DNA of 62,830 bases, from assembly GCA_964540715.1 (NCBI GenBank), contig CAZINZ010000004.1, positions 1 to 62,830 of the forward strand, given 5' to 3'. The DNA is from an uncultured Syntrophaceae bacterium. GTDB taxonomy: Bacteria > Desulfobacterota > Syntrophia > Syntrophales > UBA2210. Both the position numbers and the translations under genes were made by a program. The notes beneath the pieces were generated by a model that had not been told where the DNA came from, searched no databases, and saw only the letters and a program-made list of their open reading frames with translations. Shown here piece by piece: positions 27,544-36,218 of this stretch; within the stretch, counting starts at the first letter, position 1, and every line of letters begins with the position of its first letter.

Positions 27544-28701
27544 TTATCCCAGCATAGCTTTGAAGGCATACGCCAGACTGATCCCAAGGTAGTTGCCGAC
27601 GGCATAACCGATAATGCCGGTGGTAAGACCCGAAAGGATGATTTCCTTGTTTTTGAGGGCAGCGGCTACAACGGGCACAAAAGGCGGTGAACAAATGGCC
27701 GAGACCGATGTAATTATGTAGGTATCGGTGTCAATCTTCAATATCCGGCAAAAGATTCCATGCAGCAAAAGGGAGCCGAAGATACAGAAGCACACAAAAA
27801 ACATTATACTCCAGTTAATATTGATAAGATCCTTCAGATTGGCCATTGACCCCACCACCAGGCAGAAAACCAGAATGATATACATGCCTAACTGGAAGGT
27901 TTTCTCAAGATTTCTGATTTTCGGAATAAACGAGCAGGCAATGCCGCCGGTAGTGATGGTAAGGATAGCCATCGAAGTGGCATAACTTTGGGGAACGAGC
28001 CCCGCCAGCCCCATAGCCATACCCACGATCAGCAGCGATAGAAGGGTAGCGCCGCCCATAGCCAGAACCGTTCCGCGGCGGAACATTCCGGCATAGGACT
28101 GAATATCTTCGGTTTCCATTGTGCCATTAATCCCGCCGCTGTTATTGGCCACCAGGCTGAAGCGCGGCAGCCAGATATTGAAGATCCGCTGGGCAACCGA
28201 CATGCAGAAGATGAGATAGATCAGAGAGATGAAGGTATCATACGTATGTATAATGATAAAGGTGGTTGAATCCACGTTAAGGGCGGTCTTGATGGCAGCC
28301 AGATTGGGAGTACCGCCGGTATAGACACCGATGGCCATCCCGCCCAGTTTCCAGGCATCCGGGGTCTGATCGTTGATTATGGCGTAGCCGACAAAGGCAA
28401 CAGCAATGATGGTTATGGTAGCCACCAGCATGGATAAAAGCGCCTTGCCGGCAATCCGCAACCAGTGCCTGACGTTCATGGAGAATAGCAGCAGAGGCAG
28501 TGCCAGAGCCACGGCGGCTTCACTGATGCTTTCCTGTACATGGAAGACCGATTCGGGAATGATGCCGATGTTGCCGACAGTGATCCCCACGAGGTAGCAG
28601 ATGATAACAGCGCCGATCTTGTTGAAAAAATTATAGCGGAAACAGAGCCAGATTGCCAACACGGGAAACAGGATATAAAACCCTATCAGGATAACGGCCA
28701 T
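27544..28701 (-). CDS. DUF819-family multi-pass membrane protein (putative transporter)
   Basis: About 10-11 TM helices; 'GVYTGGTPNLAAI', 'SVSAICSPPFVP', 'GIIGYAVGNYLG'. Confidence 0.82.
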   Translation of the reverse strand: MAVILIGFYILFPVLAIWLCFRYNFFNKIGAVIICYLVGITVGNIGIIPESVFHVQESISEAAVALALPLLLFSMNVRHWLRIAGKALLSMLVATITIIAVAFVGYAIINDQTPDAWKLGGMAIGVYTGGTPNLAAIKTALNVDSTTFIIIHTYDTFISLIYLIFCMSVAQRIFNIWLPRFSLVANNSGGINGTMETEDIQSYAGMFRRGTVLAMGGATLLSLLIVGMAMGLAGLVPQSYATSMAILTITTGGIACSFIPKIRNLEKTFQLGMYIILVFCLVVGSMANLKDLININWSIMFFVCFCIFGSLLLHGIFCRILKIDTDTYIITSVSAICSPPFVPVVAAALKNKEIILSGLTTGIIGYAVGNYLGISLAYAFKAMLG

Positions 28702-29165
28702 TTCGCCCCCCCCTTTTTTTTGCTGAATGTATTTAATGGGAATGATTTAATAAACTCTCTTTTTCTCATTATAGCACTTCTCTGGTGAGGATGCATAGCA
28801 TTTAACATCCTATTGTGGTTTTTTCTTGATTTGTAAGACCATCCCGCTATATTTTCATGCTGTTGGAATTATTTTGGATTACTGATTCTGCCGGAATTAC
28901 AGCGAAACTGAATTTACAGTAAGGAATGTCAATCCGTTACTGAAAACTTAGGGCTCTCAAATAACATTGTATGTCGCTCCGCATTTATTCAAGGGATAAT
29001 CTTGTGGAGTGAACGATCTTTCAACAGCGGGAAATTTTGGGTTGAGTCACGGGTAATATTAATGTAGTAGAGTTGGTGTGGCAGATAGTATTCAGGGGTC
29101 AGTATTTTCGTATTGCGTTCGTTCAGGAAAACAATGCAGGATTGTTGCAAATAAAGGGGGAGAAT

Positions 29166-30029
29166 ATGACCTATTCGCACTGCACCGATCCAGATGTGAG
29201 GGTGGATGAAGATTATCTTACGCTTTCAGATGGTGTTGAGCTCAGGATGATCGATTTTGCTCCGGCCTGTGACACCCCCGGGAAACCGATGGTTGTCTTT
29301 GTTGCCGGCTGGATATCCCTTATTGATGGTTGGAAGGATGTGTTGAGGATTCTTACCCCCTGCTACAGGACGCTGTATGTGGAGACTCGGGAAAAAGTCA
29401 GTGCCAGGCTTCCGGAACGCGCCCGCGTGGATTTTTCCATGCCCCGTATGAGTCTGGATATCAGAGAAATTCTTGAGTCTAAGGTTGCTGCGGATAAGAA
29501 GTTCTGTTTTGCGGCCAGTTCTCTTGGCTCGACCGTTGTATTGGATTACCTGAGTATGGGATTGAGACAGCCGGAACAGTCATTTCTGATAGCTCCTATT
29601 TGTGAACTTCCTTATCCATTCTGGCTTCCTCTTGTATTAAGGCCGTTTCCGCCAGTGCTGTATAATATTATTAAGCCTTCTCTGAAGTGGTACCTGCGTA
29701 ATATCAGGCTGGACAAACATAAAGAGCCGGAACAGGTAAAAAAGTATGAAGGCACGCTGGATGCCGCCGAACCGAGGAGGCTCAAGTCGAATGCGTTCGC
29801 GATAAAGGACTACAGCGTCTGGGGACAACTTCCGAATGTCAGATCTCCAGCGCTGATTATCGGTGCGCAGAGCGATACCCTGCATGGCCTTGATGTTATG
29901 AATAGAATGGTTGATCTTATGCCCGACGCGGACATGGAAATGATGTCCAGTAACAGAGAAACTCACAGTGAGACGATGGGAAAACTGATCGTTGACCGCT
30001 TGGCCGGTTTCAAAAATGTGGAAAGGTGA
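29166..30029 (+). CDS. Alpha/beta hydrolase
   Basis: 'FVAGW' oxyanion loop, nucleophile elbow 'ASSLG', 'SDTLH', late His 'ETH'; GGGGAG SD before MTYSH. Confidence 0.75.
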   Translation: MTYSHCTDPDVRVDEDYLTLSDGVELRMIDFAPACDTPGKPMVVFVAGWISLIDGWKDVLRILTPCYRTLYVETREKVSARLPERARVDFSMPRMSLDIREILESKVAADKKFCFAASSLGSTVVLDYLSMGLRQPEQSFLIAPICELPYPFWLPLVLRPFPPVLYNIIKPSLKWYLRNIRLDKHKEPEQVKKYEGTLDAAEPRRLKSNAFAIKDYSVWGQLPNVRSPALIIGAQSDTLHGLDVMNRMVDLMPDADMEMMSSNRETHSETMGKLIVDRLAGFKNVER

Positions 30030-30032
30030 TGT

Positions 30033-30317
30033 ATGGCTTCAGATGTTAATGAGATTTCGATAAAATATGAGGAAGATGGTATTTTGATAGTCAATGAACT
30101 TGACAAGGTGATCCTGTCAAAGGGTGCCTGGTCGACAATTATATTCAGATATCAGGATTGGAACCGAACGAAGGGTGAATATGGACCGGAACGTTTCACT
30201 ATCCGCCGGTACCGTAAATTGAATGACGAATACCGCCAGCAGAGTAAATTTAATATTTCGAGCGCAGATCAGGCCTTAAAGATTGTAGGTGCGCTTCAGA
30301 AATGGATTGATGCGTAA
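30033..30317 (+). CDS. Hypothetical protein (94 aa)
   Basis: Clean ORF with SD, 3 bp after the hydrolase; protein-like composition ('KGAWSTIIFRYQDW', 'RRYRK', 'SKFNISS'). Confidence 0.8.
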   Translation: MASDVNEISIKYEEDGILIVNELDKVILSKGAWSTIIFRYQDWNRTKGEYGPERFTIRRYRKLNDEYRQQSKFNISSADQALKIVGALQKWIDA

Positions 30318-30364
30318 CCTGATTTGTCTTGCTTAACAAATGTAACACTCAGGAGGTTGTAATC

Positions 30365-30712
30365 GTGGGCACTCTTATCGATTATCTGTCAGCTCATCCT
30401 GTGGCGCTTATTATAACGGGCGCTGTTGTGCTTTTATTAATATACTCTTCTTTCAAGCTACTGATGAAGATGTTGTTGATAACCAGTCTCGTGTTTATCT
30501 CACTTTGTGGCTATAACTATTACAAGGCGCCTGATGAATTTCCCGGAAATGTAAGAGAAATGGCAGCCATGGTTGGAGATTATAGCGATGACATGATAGA
30601 GGCGGGAAAGGACGTCGTGGAAAAGGGAAAGAGTATGATAGATAAGGGGAGGGTACTGGTCGATAAGGTTGGAGAATCTGTTAAAAAGAAGAAAAAAGCC
30701 TTAACCGATTAG
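30365..30712 (+). CDS. Hypothetical membrane protein with basic amphipathic tail
   Basis: CAGGAGG SD before GTG 30365; two N-terminal hydrophobic segments. Confidence 0.7.
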   Translation: MGTLIDYLSAHPVALIITGAVVLLLIYSSFKLLMKMLLITSLVFISLCGYNYYKAPDEFPGNVREMAAMVGDYSDDMIEAGKDVVEKGKSMIDKGRVLVDKVGESVKKKKKALTD

Positions 30713-30713
30713 C

Positions 30714-31124
30714 TTATAAAAGGTTGATCTCCATTGCTCTGGGGGGACAGGCCTTGACGCATAATGCGCAACCGTTACACTTTTCAGGATCGAACTTAAC
30801 TTTCATTGTTTCCTTGTCTATAAACAGGGCGCTTGTCGTGCAGAAGGCCAGACAGGCGCCGCAGTGCACGCATTTGTCGATATTTTGAACAACACTTTTG
30901 GAAAGCGGTTCAACATTCAGGCCCAGATTCTTGAGATAGCGGATGGCCCGGTCAAAGTTTTTCTTTTTTCCTGTAAGGTCAAGTACCACCAGTCCTTCGC
31001 GTCTCGGCGATATCCTCGCCCTCATTATATTGAAGGCAAGATCAAAGTCCTTTACGAGGCTGTATACTATGGGTTTATCGACGATATCTGCCTCGTAGCG
31101 AATGACTATTTTCTTTGAATACAT
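30714..31124 (-). CDS. NIL domain plus 2x[4Fe-4S] ferredoxin
   Basis: N-terminal NIL ('VDKPIVYSLVKDFDLAFNIMRARI'); CVHCGACLAFC and CNGCALCVKAC. Confidence 0.9.
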   Translation of the reverse strand: MYSKKIVIRYEADIVDKPIVYSLVKDFDLAFNIMRARISPRREGLVVLDLTGKKKNFDRAIRYLKNLGLNVEPLSKSVVQNIDKCVHCGACLAFCTTSALFIDKETMKVKFDPEKCNGCALCVKACPPRAMEINLL

Positions 31125-31173
31125 ATCAAGTCTCCGTCAGTTCGGTTATCCTAATTTTATATGGGTGTCAAGA

Positions 31174-31203
31174 TGCTAATCACCGAGCTGCTAATCACCG
31201 AGC
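31174..31203. repeat. 15-bp perfect tandem duplication
   Basis: TGCTAATCACCGAGC twice, covering the stop codon of the minus-strand hydrolase. Confidence 0.95.
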
Positions 31204-31670
31204 AGGTTGATCCAGTTAAGTGAATCGAAAGTTTTACTTAGTGGATGGTCATCGTTCACAACCCGGTGGCTCAGGTTTGTGAAAACCTTTGAGGCGATTC
31301 CATGCACCGGTTTCAGGGGCACGACATCATCCAGGCTCCCGTGATATAGTATGACAGGAACCTCGATCCTCCGGTTCAGATAAGGTTTGAATTCTTCGAG
31401 ATTGAGAGCCGGAGCAAGCAGAATGAGCCTTTTGATCCGATCCTCATTATCACAGACGTACATGGCTGCCATCAGGCCTCCATAGCTTGAACCGACCAGC
31501 ACAAGATCCTTTTTATCTGAAAGTATCCCTCTGAGTTTCTCCATTCTGCTGTCAAGACTTCCTGGATAATCCTCTATAATCATATCAGGGTACCTTTCCC
31601 TGAAATAGGTGCCCTTGTTTCCCCGGCTGCTGCTTTCAAGACCATGTATAAAGACCCTGTTTGTCATCAT
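31191..31670 (-). CDS. YqiA/YcfP-like alpha/beta hydrolase (esterase)
   Basis: 'FIHGLESS', 'VGSSYGG', 'LLAPAL', 'HGSLDDVVP', 'DDHPL'. Confidence 0.85.
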   Translation of the reverse strand: MMTNRVFIHGLESSSRGNKGTYFRERYPDMIIEDYPGSLDSRMEKLRGILSDKKDLVLVGSSYGGLMAAMYVCDNEDRIKRLILLAPALNLEEFKPYLNRRIEVPVILYHGSLDDVVPLKPVHGIASKVFTNLSHRVVNDDHPLSKTFDSLNWINLLGD

Positions 31671-31859
31671 ATTGCTGTTATATCCTTTCGCCTTTCCGCC
31701 TTGAGGAGGATTCATACTATTCAAATGAACTTTTTGCAAGGGTCGGTCATTAAATAAGCTGTCGCGGGTGGCTGAATGCATCGGCAGATTCTCTGCAAAC
31801 ATATTGCTTTCATGCTGTTTACTGTGTTACAAAGTTTTAGAATAACGATTTGAAGAGGG

Positions 31860-33107
31860 ATGGTTACGATGGTTGTTGTGACTCCATTCAGGGCAGTCAG
31901 GCCAGCGAAGAAATACGTGAAGGAGGTTGCATCATATCCATATGATGTAATTGATTCGCGAGAGGCGAGGTTGCTTACCCGCGAGAACATAAAAAGTTTT
32001 CTGCGTATCGTGAAATCGGAGGTGGATTTCCGGAATAATGGAGTCCCTTTTGAGAGGGTGTATGAGAAGGCACGAGAAAACCTGTACGATTTTCTACAGA
32101 GGGATATCCTGTTTCAGGATGCGCGCGAATGCTTTTATATCTACAGACAGAAGATGGGTGTTCATGTCCAGGATGGAATTGTTGCCTGTGTCAATGTGGA
32201 GGATTACGAGTCGGGACTTATCAAGAGACATGAATCGACGAGGAAAGACAAGGTGTTGGACAGGACAAGACATATAAGCAGTGTAAATGCGCACACAGGG
32301 CCCGTATTCCTGACTTATAAGGCTTCGCAGGCAATTAATATGACAGTCGAAGATATCGTAAAAGGTAATCCGGAGTATGACTTTACAGCCGATGATGGAA
32401 TAGAACACACTGTTTGGATTGTGGATGATGATAATCACATTGAAAAGATAAAACAGGGATTCGAAAACCTGAATTCCCTGTATATAGCCGATGGTCACCA
32501 CAGGGCAGCAGCAGCAGTTGCAGTTGCCGGAATGCGCCGTGAAAATAACAAAGATCATAATGGAAGCGAAGAATATAACCGGATGATGGTTTTGATCTGT
32601 CCTCACGACCAGCTTAACGTCATGGATTACAACAGGGCAATCAAAGATCTGGGTGGACTTGATGAGGGACAATTCATCAGGAAAATAAAAGACAGCTTTA
32701 TACTGTCGGATGATTTCAAGGAAAGATCGCCACGCAGACAGGGTGAATTTGGAATGTATATGAATGGCAAATGGCGCTGCCTGCAGGCAGCTGAAGATGA
32801 TATTCGCGGGAATGACCCCGTCGGGATGCTGGATGTATCTATCCTGCAGGACAGGCTGTTAAAACCGGTGCTGGGCATTGATGATCCAAGGATTGATGAC
32901 AGAATAATCTTCGTGGGTGGTATAAGGGGAATGAATGAACTGGAACGTCTCGTGGATTCAGGAGAATATACGGTGGCCTTTGCCATGTATCCTACGGGTA
33001 TTGTTAAGCTTATGGAGATTGCGGACATGGGCAATATTATGCCCCCAAAATCCACATGGTTTGAGCCGAAGCCCCGCAGCGGTATATTTGTTCATCTGCT
33101 GGATTAA
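31860..33107 (+). CDS. DUF1015-family protein
   Basis: 'SYPYDV', 'IKRHESTR', 'LYIADGHHR', 'IMPPKSTWFEPK'. Confidence 0.92.
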   Translation: MVTMVVVTPFRAVRPAKKYVKEVASYPYDVIDSREARLLTRENIKSFLRIVKSEVDFRNNGVPFERVYEKARENLYDFLQRDILFQDARECFYIYRQKMGVHVQDGIVACVNVEDYESGLIKRHESTRKDKVLDRTRHISSVNAHTGPVFLTYKASQAINMTVEDIVKGNPEYDFTADDGIEHTVWIVDDDNHIEKIKQGFENLNSLYIADGHHRAAAAVAVAGMRRENNKDHNGSEEYNRMMVLICPHDQLNVMDYNRAIKDLGGLDEGQFIRKIKDSFILSDDFKERSPRRQGEFGMYMNGKWRCLQAAEDDIRGNDPVGMLDVSILQDRLLKPVLGIDDPRIDDRIIFVGGIRGMNELERLVDSGEYTVAFAMYPTGIVKLMEIADMGNIMPPKSTWFEPKPRSGIFVHLLD

Positions 33108-33166
33108 CCTGTATGCGAGTATAATATGTGACTTGAGACCTGAAGTGAAAGGAATGCTGATAGCAA

Positions 33167-33754
33167 GTGATGGTTCGCGATAATATATATCTCCCAGTTC
33201 TCGTTGCGGTGCTTGTCCTGTTTTCCGCAGTTCCGTTTCTGCACGCGGATATCTATGTGTACGTCGATCAGGAGGGTACTACCTGTTTTACAAACTTTGT
33301 GCCGCCGACACCCGAATATCAGGTAATTATAAAGGAAAGAACAAAATTCTCCAGTTTACGTTCGATAAACAGGTATGACGAACATATCAGGGAGGCATCC
33401 GGAGTACACGGCATCTCCTTTTCGCTTTTGAAGGCCATAATGAAGGCGGAATCTAATTTTAATCCGAAAGCGGTATCGAAAAGAGGGGCGAAGGGACTTA
33501 TGCAGATAATGCCCTCAAATTTCAAGATGCTCGGGATAAAAGATCCCTTTGATCCAAGGGAGAGCATCATGGCAGGGGCGCTCTATATCAAACAACTGCT
33601 GGATCGTTTCGACGGCAAGATTCACCTCGCGCTTGCCGCTTATAATGCTGGGCCTGATAGTGTTGACCGCTCCAGCGGAATCCCTCAAATAAGGGAGACT
33701 GAAGACTACGTAAACAAGGTTATTGGATATTACAGGATGTTCCAGAAAGGATAA
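33167..33754 (+). CDS. Lytic transglycosylase (DUF4124 + SLT)
   Basis: Signal peptide, 'ADIYVYVDQEG', 'KAESNFNP', 'GAKGLMQIMP', 'LAAYNAG'. Confidence 0.9.
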   Translation: MMVRDNIYLPVLVAVLVLFSAVPFLHADIYVYVDQEGTTCFTNFVPPTPEYQVIIKERTKFSSLRSINRYDEHIREASGVHGISFSLLKAIMKAESNFNPKAVSKRGAKGLMQIMPSNFKMLGIKDPFDPRESIMAGALYIKQLLDRFDGKIHLALAAYNAGPDSVDRSSGIPQIRETEDYVNKVIGYYRMFQKG

Positions 33755-33817
33755 GTATAGCCGGAGAGTCTATATGCCATTGCAGTTTTTTGTCTTTTGC
33801 CATACCCCTTGAACCTT

Positions 33818-35177
33818 CTATAATCTCATCAGTCTGCGCATCTCTATTCTTATCCAGACAAGTATTATGGAGAATGATATGATATTTGTGACGGGTTGTG
33901 CCATCCACACACCGTCCAGACCGAAGTATATTGGCAATAGGTAAATCAGCGGTACTATAAACAGAAACTGGCGGCCGACCATCAATATCATGGCGGTCAA
34001 GCCCTTTCCCATGCCAAGCAGGATGTTGATCCATACGATCATTGGACCTGTGAGTACCTGTGTCGCGATATATATCCTCAAAGCAGGAACGGCGATCGAA
34101 AGAAGTTCAGGGTCGTTGGTAAAGGCTGCCAGCAACGGACGCGCAAATATTTCTATAAAGAGAAAACTCACCCCTCCTGTAAGTACCGAAAATTTTGTTG
34201 TGACGCGGGCTATTTCTCTGATGCGGGTGTAATTGCGTGCACCGAAATTAAAGCCTGTCAGAGGCATTACCCCGTGCCCTATCCCAAAGAGTACCATCAT
34301 GAGCACCCCGTTTATCCTGAAGTTCACCCCGAGAGTGGCAATTGCCAGATGCCCGAAACTCCCCAGCTTGTGATTATAGATTATAAGCACCGCGCTCATC
34401 GCTATATTGGTGATAAAGGATGGGAAACCGACTTGATAGATAGGTAATATAATAGACCATTTCGGGATGATATCTTTTAATCCTACATGATAACGGGAGT
34501 GACGGGAGAAAAGAAAGTACATGGACAGGAAAAAGGTCGAAAACTGAGCGATTACACTTGCGAGGGCCGCACCCCTGATCCCAAGTTCAGGGAAGGGTCC
34601 CCCATCCGAAAATCAGAAAAGGGTCGAGAATTGCATTCAATACTGCCGACGTTATGATGACGAACATGGGTACAGTCGGATTACCCTCCGCACGAAAGAG
34701 ATAATCCGACATCATCATGAAGAACAAAAATGGTGCGCCAATCACGGCTATCTCAAGATATTTCCGGGAAAGAGGGAGGATGATTTCCGTTGTGCCGAAG
34801 AATCTCAGAACCGGATCACAGAAGATAGTACCTGAAATGATAGTTATTATTCCGAGGAATGTGGAAAGAAAGATAATCTGTCCTGCAGCACCGTTAGCCC
34901 TTGAATATTTTTCCGCGCCAAACATGCGGGATGCAAAGGAGCCCGCGCCAACTCCTGTCCCGACCCCTATACCACCAAGCAGCATCTGGATAGGAAAACA
35001 GATGGTAAGCGCAGCTATGGACTCCGGGCTGATCTTGGCTATCCAGAAAGTATCGACCACGTTGTACATTGCCATAACAAGCATCGCCACCACTGATGGC
35101 AGACTCATTTTAAAGAGCAGTGGGACAATGGGATCTTTTCCGAGGTCGAGATGTTTTTTTTCTTTATATGTCTTCAT
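33818..35177 (-). pseudogene. MATE-family efflux transporter split by one extra base in a G5 run
   Basis: N-half 'LLFKMSLP...YNVVDT...LDPFLIFGW' and C-half are in different frames; deleting one G (plus-strand C run 34599-34603) restores 'FGWGPFPELGIRGAALASVIAQ'. Confidence 0.85.
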
Positions 35178-35294
35178 ATGTTGTGTAGTAACTGTCCTGA
35201 GTGTAAAATGCCGCACGGTGGTTCAGGAATAGCGAACATGGCCGGATATCAAATTGAAACATGTCATACATTAAAAAAAGTGATTCGTAAACAG

Positions 35295-36218
35295 ATGAAA
35301 AGGGAAGGGTGCAATCTAATAGTCATACTGGGGCCCACTGCGTCCGGTAAGACAAGGATGGCCGCCAGACTCGCGAGGGAACTTGGTTCGGAGGTTATCT
35401 CCGCCGATTCGCGTCAGGTTTACAGGGGGATGGACCTTGGAACCGGCAAAGACACCGCGGAATTTCTGGTCGATGGTGTCGCGGTTCCCTGTCACCTGAT
35501 AGATATCGTTGATACAGACCATGAGTTTAATCTTTTTGAGTATCAGAAGAGGTTTTACCGCTGTTTTTCAGATATCTCCGGTCGTGGGATTATCCCGGTT
35601 ATGGCAGGCGGAACAGGACTCTATCTCGAAGCGATAATCAAAGGTTACCGCATGCTTGAGGTCCCGGAAGATCCAGCTCTTCGTGAAAGTCTCCGGAAAA
35701 TGGATATGGATGTCATGCGGGATCGTTTATTCAAAACCAATTGTGCTATTCACAATACGACGGACACGCAGGACAGAGAACGCCTCGTCCGTGCCATTGA
35801 AATTGCTGAGTACTCAAAAATGAATGAAGTTGTTGATGGATGGAATCCTCCTCTGATCGATCCCTTTATCATCGGCATACGCCTCGACAGAACTGTTCTT
35901 CGCGACAGAATTACAATGCGCTTGAAAGAGCGTATAGACGCTGGAATGATTGAAGAGGTTCGGAATCTGCATAATCAGGGGACAGGCTGGGAGAGGCTGG
36001 ATTCTTTCGGACTGGAATATCGTTACGTGAGCCGTTACCTTCAGGGAAAGGTGGATTATGATGTGATGCTCAGCGAGTTGAACACACGAATACACCAGTT
36101 CTCAAAGAGGCAGATGACATGGTTCAGACGCATGGAGCGGCAGGGATTTGTTATTCACTGGACGGATAATTTTGATTATGATCATGTCAGGCGGCTGGTT
36201 GAGGAGAACATCCGGTGA
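35295..36218 (+). CDS. miaA: tRNA dimethylallyltransferase
   Basis: 'GPTASGKT', 'ISADSRQVYRGMDLGTGK', 'GGTGLY', 'FSKRQMTWFR'. Confidence 0.95.
   Translation: MKREGCNLIVILGPTASGKTRMAARLARELGSEVISADSRQVYRGMDLGTGKDTAEFLVDGVAVPCHLIDIVDTDHEFNLFEYQKRFYRCFSDISGRGIIPVMAGGTGLYLEAIIKGYRMLEVPEDPALRESLRKMDMDVMRDRLFKTNCAIHNTTDTQDRERLVRAIEIAEYSKMNEVVDGWNPPLIDPFIIGIRLDRTVLRDRITMRLKERIDAGMIEEVRNLHNQGTGWERLDSFGLEYRYVSRYLQGKVDYDVMLSELNTRIHQFSKRQMTWFRRMERQGFVIHWTDNFDYDHVRRLVEENIR

Noticed and set aside
28790-28825. dif-like XerD arm (GGATGTTAAAT on the minus strand)
   Set aside because: No XerC arm at the 6-bp spacing; a similar weak match near 7920-7945 also fails.
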